From Vicinamibacterales bacterium (GTDB lineage: Bacteria; Acidobacteriota; Vicinamibacteria; Vicinamibacterales; UBA2999): 64,000 bases of DNA. Position numbers and translations under genes: made by a program. The DNA lies in contig JBFWNR010000006.1 of the NCBI GenBank assembly GCA_050250955.1, positions 54,716-118,715 on the forward strand, given 5' to 3'. The notes under the pieces were generated by a model. That model had not been told where the DNA came from. It did not search any database and saw nothing but the letters and a program-made list of their open reading frames with translations. Shown one piece after another: positions 44,021-52,628 of the stretch; positions within the stretch are counted from its first letter, which is position 1; every line of letters starts with the position of its first letter.

Positions 44021-44076
44021 GGGCGTAGATCGGCTACGCCCCGTTCACCTGGAGGTCGGGGGAGGGCCCCCTCCAG
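44021..44076 (-). terminator. two candidate hairpins after the permease gene
   Basis: The hairpins are GGGCGTAG-ATCGG-CTACGCCC (44021-44041) and CTGGAGG-N14-CCTCCAG (44049-44076). There is no U-tract. Confidence 0.3.
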
Positions 44077-44111
44077 CGCTGGAACGCCCCGGCCGATTCA
44101 GGCCGCGCGGC

Positions 44112-45350
44112 TCAGAAGAGCACCCAGCACACCGCCGTGCCCACCACCACCATCGACATGCCCCAGGCGAGCAGCTGGTTGAAGAGCAGGCGCGCGTCGG
44201 CGGTGGCCGGCAGGGCGGCGATGCACAGCGCGCCGATGGTGGACAGCGGCGACAGGTCCACCAGGTGGCCGCCGACGACCATCGCCGAGGCGATGTCCAT
44301 CGGGTTGCCGCCACCCAGGCGCTCGACCAGGCCGGGCACCGTGGGCAGGAACGCCGGCAGCACCACCCCGGAGGTGCTGCTGTAGACCGAGACCAGCCCG
44401 GTGGCGAAGGCCACCACTGCGCTCACCGACCCCGGCGACGAGACGCTGGCCAGCAGGTCGGTGAAGAGCGACATGCCCTGGGTCTGCTCGAGCACGCCGA
44501 TGAGCACGGTGACGCCGCACACCATCAGCACGACGCCCCACGGCATGCGCTTGATGGCTTCCTTCTCGTCGCCGGCCTTGGCCAGCGACAGCAGCGTGGC
44601 CCCGGTCAGCGCCGCCATGCCGACCTGCACGTTGAAGAGCACGACCCCGAGCACCACCGTCGCCAGCACGGCGATGGTGAGCCAATGGCGGGCTTCGAAC
44701 GGCTCGTGTTCGGTCGCCTGCGCGCCGTCGGCGGAGCGGTGCGACGTGAACAGCTTCCAGCCGCCGAAGAGCACGTAGGCCAGGAAGGTGATGACCACGT
44801 GGGCCATCAGGTTGTTGCCGTAGGTGACCCAGTGCTGGCCGGCCAGGCCGATGCGGTCCATCACCCCGTTGACGATGACGCCGGTGGGCGCAAACGGCGA
44901 CAGCGCGCCGGCCTGGGCGCCGTTGCCGAGCATCAGCGCGGTGAGAAACGGCGGCACGCCGGCCTGGGCGCCCACCGCCATGCCCATCGGGGCGAGCAGC
45001 GCCGCCGTGGCGATGTTGCCCGGGCCGATCGACGACAGGACCAGGGCGACGACGAAGAACATCACCGGGATGACGCCGGCGTTGCCGCGGCACAGTCCGA
45101 CCGCCCGCGCCGCCAGCCGCTGCAGCGTGCCGTTGACGTTGGCCATCCCGAAGAGCAGCGTCACCCCGGCCAGGGTGATGAACAGCGGCACCGGAAAGGT
45201 GCCGATGACCGCGCCGTAGCTCAAGCCGCCGATGTAGACGCCGACGATCCAGGCCAGCGCCAGTGACACCACGCCGACGTTGACCTTGGTCACGATCGAC
45301 AGCGTCACCGCCGTGGCCAGGGCGGCCAGCGAGATCCACGCCAGATTCAT
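44112..45350 (-). CDS. ion-transporter-superfamily anion permease (CitMHS/ArsB/DASS-like)
   Basis: It is a 412-aa polytopic protein. ATG 45350 overlaps the upstream stop (ATGA). The family call is tentative. Confidence 0.8.
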   Translation of the reverse strand: MNLAWISLAALATAVTLSIVTKVNVGVVSLALAWIVGVYIGGLSYGAVIGTFPVPLFITLAGVTLLFGMANVNGTLQRLAARAVGLCRGNAGVIPVMFFVVALVLSSIGPGNIATAALLAPMGMAVGAQAGVPPFLTALMLGNGAQAGALSPFAPTGVIVNGVMDRIGLAGQHWVTYGNNLMAHVVITFLAYVLFGGWKLFTSHRSADGAQATEHEPFEARHWLTIAVLATVVLGVVLFNVQVGMAALTGATLLSLAKAGDEKEAIKRMPWGVVLMVCGVTVLIGVLEQTQGMSLFTDLLASVSSPGSVSAVVAFATGLVSVYSSTSGVVLPAFLPTVPGLVERLGGGNPMDIASAMVVGGHLVDLSPLSTIGALCIAALPATADARLLFNQLLAWGMSMVVVGTAVCWVLF

Positions 45351-48229
45351 TCAGTGTCCCTCGCGGCCGCCAGCGACCGCAGCAAGACGGCCGGATGCCG
45401 GGCCTCGGCCGCCGCCAAATCCGCCACCTGGTGCCGGCACGACGTGCCCGCCGCCACCAGCACCGCATCGGCAGCCAGGCTCCGCGCCGCCGGCAACAGC
45501 TTACGCTCTCCGATCGTCCGCGAGACGTCGTAGTGGCGGCGGCTGTAGCCGAACGAGCCGGCCATGCCGCAGCAGCCGGCCTCCAGGTCGGTCACCGTCG
45601 CGCCGGGAATGCGGGCCAGCAGCCGCGCCGCCGGCGCCGCCAGGCCCATCGATCGCTGGTGGCAGTGCGGGTGGAGCAGCACCTGCCGCGGGCCGGCGCG
45701 CAGGGCCAGCGTCGCCCGCCCGGCGGCCAGCTCGTCCTCGAGATAGGCCTCGAAGAGCACGCTGGCGCGGGCCACCGTCTCGGCGCGTCGTCGCGCCTCG
45801 CCGGCGAGGAGCGCCGGAAGGTCCTCGCGCACCGCCGACAGGCAGCTCGGCTCGACGAACACGATCGCCTGGCCGGCCGCCGCGGCCGCGTGCAGCGCGT
45901 CCACCGTGGCGCCGCCGACCCGCCGGGCATCAGAGAGCAGCCCCTGCGAGATGAGCGGCCGGCCGCAGCAGCCATGCGGCACCACGCGGGCGCCGAGCCC
46001 GGCCAGGTCGAGCACGTCGAGGGCGGCTTCGCCGATCTGGGGATCGACGTGCTCGGTGAAGGTGTCGGCGAAGAGCACGGCCCGCGGGGCGGCCGGCGCG
46101 GTCCGCGCGGCGACGCGCGCCGACAGCGTCCGGCGGACCCACACCGGCGGCGGGCGGCGGCGATCGACGCCGGCCGTCCACTCGCCGAGCCGGCGGCCGA
46201 GCGTGCTGCCGGCCACCAGGTTCGACAGCGGCGCCAGGCGGCTGCCCCACCGCGCCAGCGTCCGCACGTGGCCGAAGGCCTTCACTGCCGTCGGCGCGCC
46301 GTCGCGCCGCCACTCGGCGGCCAGCACCTCGCTCTTGAGGCGGGCCATGTCCACGCTCACCGGGCATTCGCTCTTGCAGGCCCGGCACTCCAGGCACAGG
46401 TCGAGCGCGTCGTGCAGTCCGGGGTCGTCCAGGCCGTCGGGCCCGAGCCCGCCGGTCATCGCCAGGCGGAGCAGGTTGGCGCGGCCGCGCGTCGAGTGCG
46501 CTTCGTCGCGGGTGGCCATGAACGACGGGCACATGGTGCCGTCGCGGGTCTTCCTGCAGGCGCCGACGCCGCTGCACGCCTCGACGGCGCGGCCGAATCC
46601 GTCCGCGCCGAAGTCGAAGTAGCTGGGCGGCGCCGGGGTGCGATACGCCGGGCCGTAGCGCAGGTGCGCGGTGATCGGCGGGGTGTCGACGATCCGCCCG
46701 GGGTTGAAGAGGCCCTGCGGATCGAAGGTGCGCTTCACGGTCCGGAACGCCTGGTAGAGCGTCGAGCCGAACATCTGTTCGTTGAAGGCGCCGCGAACCA
46801 GGCCGTCGCCGTGCTCACCGGAGAGCGCGCCGCCGAATTCGAGCACGAGGTCGGCGACGCCGCGGGCGATCGCCTCGAACTGGGCGACGCCGGCGGCGGT
46901 CTTGAGGTTGACGACCGGGCGGACGTGGAGGCACCCGACCGAGGCGTGCGCGTAGACGCCGGCGACGGTGCCGTGGCGGGCCACCAGCTGCTGGAACCGG
47001 GCGATGTAGTCGCGCAGCCGCTCGGGGGCGACCGCGCTGTCCTCGACGAACGAGATCGCCTTGCCGTCGCCCTTGGTGGCGGTGGACAGCCCGAGCGACG
47101 CCTCGCGCACGTGCCACACCCGGGCCTGCGCCGCCCCGTCCAGCAGGCGGCGGACCCGCGCGGCCGGGAACGACGCCGCCATGTCGCGCTCGAAGGCGTC
47201 GAGCCGCGGCAGGAGCGTGTCGAGGTGGTCGTCGTAGAACTCGACGCAGAGCAGCGCCGGATGCTCGCCGTCGACGATCGCCCGCAGCATGGCGTCGAGC
47301 GTGGCGTGGCCGCGGGCGTGCGACAGGATGAAGTCGTCCATCACCTCCACGGCCGACGGCCGGTGGGTGAGGACCTGCGGCGTCGCGCCCAGGGCGTCGA
47401 GCAGGGCGGTGAACTCCAGCGTCACCAGTGCCTTGACCGCCGGCAGCGGCACCAGGCCGACGGTGGCCGCGGTGACGAAGCCGAGCGTGCCCTCCGAGCC
47501 GACCATCAGCCGCGACAGGTCCACCGGCGCCGCGGCGTCGACCAGCGCGTCGAGGTTGTAGCCGCCGACGCGGCGCAGCACCTTGGGGAAACGGCGGTCG
47601 ATCTCGGCGGCATGGGTGCGGGCCAGCGCCGGCAGCTCACGCGTGGCGCGGGCCAGGATCGAGTCGCCTCGCGATGTCTCGGCCAGCGCCGACGCGGTCA
47701 GCGGTTCCAGCACCGCGGTGGTGCCGTCGGCCAGCACGACCTGCTGGGTGCGCACGTGGTCGATGGTCTTGCCGTAGACGACCGAGCGGGCGCCGCTGGA
47801 GTTGTTGGCCATCATGCCGCCGACCGTGGCGCGGCTCGACGAGCTGACGTCGGGCGCAAAGCGCAGGCCGTGCGGCTTGAGGTGGTGGTTGAGCTCGTCG
47901 AGCACCACGCCCGGCTCGACGCGGGCGGAGCGCGCCGCCGGATCGACGGCGAGGATGCGGTTGAGGTACTTGGAGGTGTCCAGGACCAGGCCGGCGCCGA
48001 TGGCCTGGCCGGCCTGCGAGGTGCCGCCGCCGCGCGGCGTGATCGGCACGCCGTGGCGGGCGGCGACCGCGACCGCCGCCTCGACGTCGTCGCGCGAGCG
48101 CGGCAGCACGACGCCCCGCGGTTCGATCTGGTAGACGCTGGCGTCGGTCGAGTACAGGGCCCGCGACGCCCGGTCGAACCGCACCTCGCCGGCGACCGCC
48201 CGGCGCAGGTCCCGTTCGAGCCCGTCCAC
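45347..48229 (-). CDS. FAD-linked oxidase fused to 4Fe-4S dicluster and CCG domains (GlcD-GlcF/D-2-hydroxyacid dehydrogenase-like)
   Basis: GTG 48229 overlaps the upstream TAG by 1 nt, giving 960 aa. The motifs are PRGGGTSQAGQ (FAD_binding_4), CxxCxxCxxxCP (CLECRACKSECP) and C-terminal CCG motifs (HCHQ..., CCGMAGSFG). Confidence 0.9.
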   Translation of the reverse strand: MDGLERDLRRAVAGEVRFDRASRALYSTDASVYQIEPRGVVLPRSRDDVEAAVAVAARHGVPITPRGGGTSQAGQAIGAGLVLDTSKYLNRILAVDPAARSARVEPGVVLDELNHHLKPHGLRFAPDVSSSSRATVGGMMANNSSGARSVVYGKTIDHVRTQQVVLADGTTAVLEPLTASALAETSRGDSILARATRELPALARTHAAEIDRRFPKVLRRVGGYNLDALVDAAAPVDLSRLMVGSEGTLGFVTAATVGLVPLPAVKALVTLEFTALLDALGATPQVLTHRPSAVEVMDDFILSHARGHATLDAMLRAIVDGEHPALLCVEFYDDHLDTLLPRLDAFERDMAASFPAARVRRLLDGAAQARVWHVREASLGLSTATKGDGKAISFVEDSAVAPERLRDYIARFQQLVARHGTVAGVYAHASVGCLHVRPVVNLKTAAGVAQFEAIARGVADLVLEFGGALSGEHGDGLVRGAFNEQMFGSTLYQAFRTVKRTFDPQGLFNPGRIVDTPPITAHLRYGPAYRTPAPPSYFDFGADGFGRAVEACSGVGACRKTRDGTMCPSFMATRDEAHSTRGRANLLRLAMTGGLGPDGLDDPGLHDALDLCLECRACKSECPVSVDMARLKSEVLAAEWRRDGAPTAVKAFGHVRTLARWGSRLAPLSNLVAGSTLGRRLGEWTAGVDRRRPPPVWVRRTLSARVAARTAPAAPRAVLFADTFTEHVDPQIGEAALDVLDLAGLGARVVPHGCCGRPLISQGLLSDARRVGGATVDALHAAAAAGQAIVFVEPSCLSAVREDLPALLAGEARRRAETVARASVLFEAYLEDELAAGRATLALRAGPRQVLLHPHCHQRSMGLAAPAARLLARIPGATVTDLEAGCCGMAGSFGYSRRHYDVSRTIGERKLLPAARSLAADAVLVAAGTSCRHQVADLAAAEARHPAVLLRSLAAARDTE

Positions 48230-49323
48230 TACTGGCTCTTCCCGCGCGCCGCGATCGGCCACACCGCTTCGACCGTGTCGCCGCGGACGGCGTGGATCTC
48301 GTCGTAGAGGTTGACGGTGGGATCGCAGTGCGGCGGCTGGAAGGTGACCCGGTCGCCGACGCGCAGCCGCGCCGCGGCGTGGCGCATGTCGATCCGGCCG
48401 TGCTCGTCGCCAGCCCAGGAGTAGACCAGCCCGCCGTGGCCGGTGGCGAGCGGCGTGAAGCCGCGGTCGGTGGCGAACGACTTGTAGCCGCCGTCGACGA
48501 TGGCGTCGTCGGCGCGCACGCTGACCACCGTGGTGACCACCGACAGCGCCGGCAGGAAGTCGTCGTAGGCGGCGCCGCCGTCGGCGCCGCCGATCCGCGC
48601 GTAGTCGGCGTCCATGAACACGAAGCTGCCAGGCTGGAGCTCGGTGACGCCGTCGAGCTCGGCGTCGATGCGGTAGGTGCCGGTCGAACCGCCGGTGACC
48701 AGCGGGCAGGGAATGCCGTCGGCGGCGATGAGCCGCGCCGTGTCCACCGCCGCCCGCATGCTGGCGACGCTGCGGGCGCGGCGGGCGTCGAAGGGCGTGG
48801 TGTGCGAGGCGGCGCCGTCGTAGGCCTGCAGGCCGGCGAAGCTCAGGCTGGGCGAGCCGTCGATGGCACGGGCGACGTCGCGGGCGGGAGAGCCCGGGTC
48901 GACCCCGGTGCGCCCGAAGTACAGGTCCACCGCGACGCGCATCGTCACACCCGCCCGCCACGCCGCGTCGCCCAGCACGCGCACCGCCTCGGCGTCGTCG
49001 GCGACGAAAATGGTGTCGGGGGCCAGCTTGACCAGCGTCGCCGCCCGTGCCGCCTTGGCCGCGCCGACGACGGCGGTGGTCACCAGCAGGCCGCGCAGTC
49101 CGTGGGCGGCGAACACCTCGGCTTCGCCGAGCTTGGCGGCACAGGTGCCGACCGCGCCGGCCGCCACCAGCCGCCGGGCGATCTCCGGACACTTGTGGGT
49201 CTTGCCGTGCGGGCGAAGCGCCTTGCCGTGGCTGGCGGCGAAGGCGGTCATGCGGGCGATGTTGGCCTCGAATGCGGGCAGGTCGAGCACGAGGGCGGGG
49301 GTGGGAATTTCGTCGCGATGCAT
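48229..49323 (-). CDS. PLP-dependent D-threonine aldolase / D-serine dehydratase-like (alanine racemase N-domain) enzyme
   Basis: The patterns are TPALVLDL.AFE.NI..M.......G..LRPHGKTHKCPEIA (PLP lysine) and the C-terminal motif H.DPTVNLY. Confidence 0.85.
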   Translation of the reverse strand: MHRDEIPTPALVLDLPAFEANIARMTAFAASHGKALRPHGKTHKCPEIARRLVAAGAVGTCAAKLGEAEVFAAHGLRGLLVTTAVVGAAKAARAATLVKLAPDTIFVADDAEAVRVLGDAAWRAGVTMRVAVDLYFGRTGVDPGSPARDVARAIDGSPSLSFAGLQAYDGAASHTTPFDARRARSVASMRAAVDTARLIAADGIPCPLVTGGSTGTYRIDAELDGVTELQPGSFVFMDADYARIGGADGGAAYDDFLPALSVVTTVVSVRADDAIVDGGYKSFATDRGFTPLATGHGGLVYSWAGDEHGRIDMRHAAARLRVGDRVTFQPPHCDPTVNLYDEIHAVRGDTVEAVWPIAARGKSQ

Positions 49324-49403
49324 CGGGGTCGCGAAATGCTAGCAGATAGGTCACAACGGCGTCGCACCGGCGGGCGTATACTGCGCCTTTCCAGGAGGCG
49401 CCC

Positions 49404-50537
49404 ATGACGATCTGGCCCCGCGCGATGGCCGTGGCGGCGGTGGTGGCCGGGCTGGCGGCGACGCCGGCGGGCGCGCAGCCGCCGGTGCCGCCCGTGCCGG
49501 ACGGCTGCACGCTCGGCGTGCTGCCCTCGAACGCCGGCGCGCTGTTCTGCGTCCCCGAGGCCTGGAACGGGCAGCTCGTCGTCTATGCGCCGGGCTACAC
49601 CCCGCCGCAGCTGCCGCTCGGGTTCTACCAGCTCACCGCCGCCGACGGCACCTCGCTGCCGGCGCTGGTGCAGAGCCTCGGCTTCGCCTTTGCGACCACG
49701 ACCTACCGCAAGAACGGGCTGGCCATCGTGCAGGGCAGCGACGACATCCGCGAGCTGGTGGCGGCGTTTCCGGTGGCGACCGGGAGGACTCCCGCCAAGA
49801 CCCACCTCACGGGTGTCTCCTACGGCGCGCTCATCGCCACGCTGCTCGCCGAGCGCTCGCCGGCGCTGTTCTCGAGCACCCTCGCCGCGTGTGGCCCGAT
49901 CGGGTCGTTCCGCCAGCAGGTGAACTACCTGGGCGACTTCCGCGCCCTGTTCGACTACTACTTCCCGGGCGTGCTGCCGGGCTCGCCGGTCGCGATGCCG
50001 GCGGCGGCCGCCGCGGCGTGGACGTCCACCCACGTGCCGGCGATCGGCGCCGCGTTCATGGCCAACCCCGGCAGAGCGCTCGAGCTGATGCGGGTGTCGC
50101 GCGTGGCCTACGACCCGACGAACCTGATGACGGTCATCGACTCGGCCGTCGGCGTGCTGAGCTACAACGTCCTGGGCCTGAACGACGCCATCGCCACCCT
50201 GGGCGGCAATCCCTATGGCAACCGGGGCCGGCTCTACTTCGGGTCGTCCAACGACTTCCGCCTCAACCTGTTCATCAAGCGCTACGACGCCTCGCCGACG
50301 GCGCTGGCGGCGATGCGGCAGTACGAGACTTCCGGCGACCTGTCGATCCCGCTGGTCACGATCCACACCACCGCGGATCCGATCGCGCCCTTCGCCCATG
50401 AGCTGCTCTACCTGCCCAAGGTCGATCTGACCGGGCGCGGGCGGTTCCTGCCGTTCCCGGTGGCCCGCTATGGCCACTGCAGCTTCACCGGCACCGAGGT
50501 CGGCCTGGCGTTCCTGTTCACGGCCAATCTGCCGTAG
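49404..50537 (+). CDS. exported alpha/beta-hydrolase-like protein
   Basis: An AGGAGG RBS and a signal peptide are present. The nucleophile elbow is GVSYG. The stop TAG at 50535-50537 lies inside the CGTAGGG flank of a REP element. Confidence 0.7.
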   Translation: MTIWPRAMAVAAVVAGLAATPAGAQPPVPPVPDGCTLGVLPSNAGALFCVPEAWNGQLVVYAPGYTPPQLPLGFYQLTAADGTSLPALVQSLGFAFATTTYRKNGLAIVQGSDDIRELVAAFPVATGRTPAKTHLTGVSYGALIATLLAERSPALFSSTLAACGPIGSFRQQVNYLGDFRALFDYYFPGVLPGSPVAMPAAAAAAWTSTHVPAIGAAFMANPGRALELMRVSRVAYDPTNLMTVIDSAVGVLSYNVLGLNDAIATLGGNPYGNRGRLYFGSSNDFRLNLFIKRYDASPTALAAMRQYETSGDLSIPLVTIHTTADPIAPFAHELLYLPKVDLTGRGRFLPFPVARYGHCSFTGTEVGLAFLFTANLP

Positions 50538-50581
50538 GGTGGAGCTTCAGCTCCGCCGGCTGGCAGCTCTGAAGAGCTGCC
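50538..50581. repeat. pair of REP-like hairpins
   Basis: The pair is GGTGGAGCTTCAGCTCCGCC (50538-50557) and GGCAGCTCTGAAGAGCTGCC (50562-50581). They are flanked by CCGTAGGG ... CCCTACGG. Confidence 0.85.
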
Positions 50582-50583
50582 CT

Positions 50584-50631
50584 ACGGCTGGCGGCTAGCG
50601 GCCAGGGACGAGGGTTGGCGGCTGGCGGCCG
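50584..50631. repeat. degenerate GCGGCYR heptad repeats
   Basis: The units are ACGGCTG GCGGCTA GCGGCCA, a 13-nt spacer, then GCGGCTG GCGGCCG. This lies upstream of the SoxC-like gene. Confidence 0.7.
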
Positions 50632-50658
50632 GCCGGGAACGGGAGTATCCTCCCGCGC

Positions 50659-51876
50659 ATGGCGAAGACATCTTCTCGGCATGGGATCTCGCGCCGCCGC
50701 CTGCTGGCCGCCGGCTCGGCCGGAGTGGTCGGCGCCGCGGCGTCACTGGCTGCCCAGGACACCACCAAGGTCCAGGGCCCCGGCACGACCGACGTCGGAG
50801 CCCGCTCGCCGCACGCCAAGCTGCAGCGCATGTCGTTCGGCGGCCGCCGCACCGCGTCGCAGTCGCCGCTGCAGGGCCTGGACGGCATCATCACGCCGGC
50901 CGACCTGCACTTCGAGCGGCATCACGGCGGCGTGCCGGCCATCGATCCGGCCAGCTGGTCGCTGCTCGTGCACGGCATGGTCGAGCGGCCGCTGGTCTTC
51001 ACCCTCGACGACCTGAAGCGCTTCCCCGGCCGCTCGGTGATCCGTTTCCTGGAGTGTTCCGGCAACGGCAGCCGGGCCTACCGGCCGGATCCGAAGGCGG
51101 CCGAGACCACGCCGCAGATGCTCGACGGGCTGACCAGCACCAGCGAGTGGACCGGCGTGCCGCTGGCGACGGTGCTGCGCGAGGTCGGCGCGTCGGCCAA
51201 GGCGACCTGGTTCCTGGCCGAGTCACAGGATGCCGCCGTGCTCGCCCGCAGCATCCCGATCGAGAAAGCGATGGACGACGCGATGCTCGTCTACGCGCAG
51301 AACGGCGAGGCGCTGCGTCCGGAGCAGGGCTACCCGGTGCGGCTCTTCAACCCCGGGTGGGAGGGCTCGTCGAGCGTGAAGTGGCTGCGCCGCATCGAGC
51401 TGTCCGATCAGCCGTTCATGATGCGCGAGGAGACCTCGAAGTACACCGACCCGCTGCCCGACGGCACGGCCCGGCAGTTCAGCTTCGTGATGGACGCCAA
51501 GTCGATCATCACCCAGCCGGCCTTCCCCGAGAAGCTCACCGGCCCGGGGTGGCGCGAGATCCGCGGCATCGCCTGGAGCGGCCGCGGCCGGATTGCCCAC
51601 GTGGACATCAGCGTGGACAACGGCGCCACCTGGCAGCGCGCCACCCTCGACGACCCGGTGCTGCCCAAGTGCCACACCCGGTTCCGCTTCGCCTGGAACT
51701 GGACCGGCGCCGAGACGACGATCATGAGCCGCGCCACCGACGAAACCGGTTACTCGCAGCCGACGCTCAAGGCGCTGATGGCGGTGCGCGGTCCGGGCAC
51801 GCAGTACCACTTCAACAACATCCGGGCCTGGAAGGTCGCCGCCGACGGCACCGTCACGCTGGCGGTGGGCGCATGA
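50659..51876 (+). CDS. SoxC/SorA-like sulfite (sulfane) dehydrogenase molybdopterin subunit, Tat-exported
   Basis: A Tat motif (SRRRLLAAG) is present. The patterns are HFERHHGG.P...LECSGNG...EWTGV.L..VL...YAQNGEALRPEQGYPVRLF.PGWEG...VKWLRRIE. An Ig-like C-terminal domain follows. Confidence 0.9.
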   Translation: MAKTSSRHGISRRRLLAAGSAGVVGAAASLAAQDTTKVQGPGTTDVGARSPHAKLQRMSFGGRRTASQSPLQGLDGIITPADLHFERHHGGVPAIDPASWSLLVHGMVERPLVFTLDDLKRFPGRSVIRFLECSGNGSRAYRPDPKAAETTPQMLDGLTSTSEWTGVPLATVLREVGASAKATWFLAESQDAAVLARSIPIEKAMDDAMLVYAQNGEALRPEQGYPVRLFNPGWEGSSSVKWLRRIELSDQPFMMREETSKYTDPLPDGTARQFSFVMDAKSIITQPAFPEKLTGPGWREIRGIAWSGRGRIAHVDISVDNGATWQRATLDDPVLPKCHTRFRFAWNWTGAETTIMSRATDETGYSQPTLKALMAVRGPGTQYHFNNIRAWKVAADGTVTLAVGA

Positions 51877-52460
51877 GCCGCACGCCGGCGGTGTGGACGG
51901 CGGTGGCGGCCCTCGGCGTGGCTTGGTCGGCGGCGCTGGTCGCCCAGACCGCCAGGCCGGCAGCCGCCCCGGCGCGCTACGGCCTGGGCCGGGCCGCGTC
52001 GGCCGACGAGATCCGGACCCTCGACATCGACGTGCGCCCCGACGGCACCGGGCTGCCCGAGGGCCGCGGCACCGTCGCCGAAGGCGCGGCGATCTACGCC
52101 GCGAAGTGTGCGTCGTGCCACGGCAAGGCCGGCGAGGGCGCCTCGTTCGACCGCCTGGTGGCCACCGACGCCGGCGACAACTTCGCCTTCGGCCGCGATC
52201 CGCGCCTGGCCAGGGCGATCGGCAACTACTGGCCTTACGCCTCGACGCTCTACGACTACACGATGCGCTCGATGCCGTTCACCGCGCCGGGCACGTTGAC
52301 CGCCAACGAGGGCTACGCGCTGGTGGCCTATCTGCTCGCCCTCAACAAGGTCGTGTCGGACGATGCCGTGATGGACCGCACGACGCTGCCCAAGGTGGCG
52401 ATGCCGGCCCGCGACCGCTTCGTCCGCGACAACCGCACCGGCGGCAAGGTGGTCAAATAA
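51873..52460 (+). CDS. SoxD/SorB-like c-type cytochrome
   Basis: ATG 51873 overlaps the SoxC-like stop (ATGA). A signal peptide is present. The pattern is DIDVRPDGTGLPEGRG....G..IY..KCASCHG..GEG...YWPYASTLYDYTMRSMPF..PG.L...E.YAL.AYLL. Confidence 0.85.
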   Translation: MSRTPAVWTAVAALGVAWSAALVAQTARPAAAPARYGLGRAASADEIRTLDIDVRPDGTGLPEGRGTVAEGAAIYAAKCASCHGKAGEGASFDRLVATDAGDNFAFGRDPRLARAIGNYWPYASTLYDYTMRSMPFTAPGTLTANEGYALVAYLLALNKVVSDDAVMDRTTLPKVAMPARDRFVRDNRTGGKVVK

Positions 52461-52461
52461 C

Positions 52462-52524
52462 GCGGCTAGCGGCTAGCGGCTAGCGGCTAGCGGCTAGCGG
52501 CTGGCGGCTGGCGGCTGGCGGCGA
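52462..52524. repeat. heptanucleotide tandem repeat (GCGGCTA)x5 (GCGGCTG)x3 + GCGGCGA
   Basis: Read directly from the sequence. It starts 2 nt after the TAA at 52458-52460. The CTAG core puts TAG stops in all three frames on both strands. Confidence 0.9.
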
Positions 52525-52628
52525 CCCTCCAGGGACCGCCACTGTCGGTCTTTGGTGCTAGGATTGGGCGCTCGGTTCGCGCGTCCACGGTGGCGCCGGC
52601 AGCCCGGCGAACGCATCAGGAGCACGCC

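Noticed and set aside
45347-49510. A single 1387-aa ORF.
   Set aside because: It is a composite. The real FAD/FeS/CCG gene starts at GTG 48229. The region upstream in this frame overlaps the D-threonine-aldolase-like gene, which lies in another frame (48229-49323).
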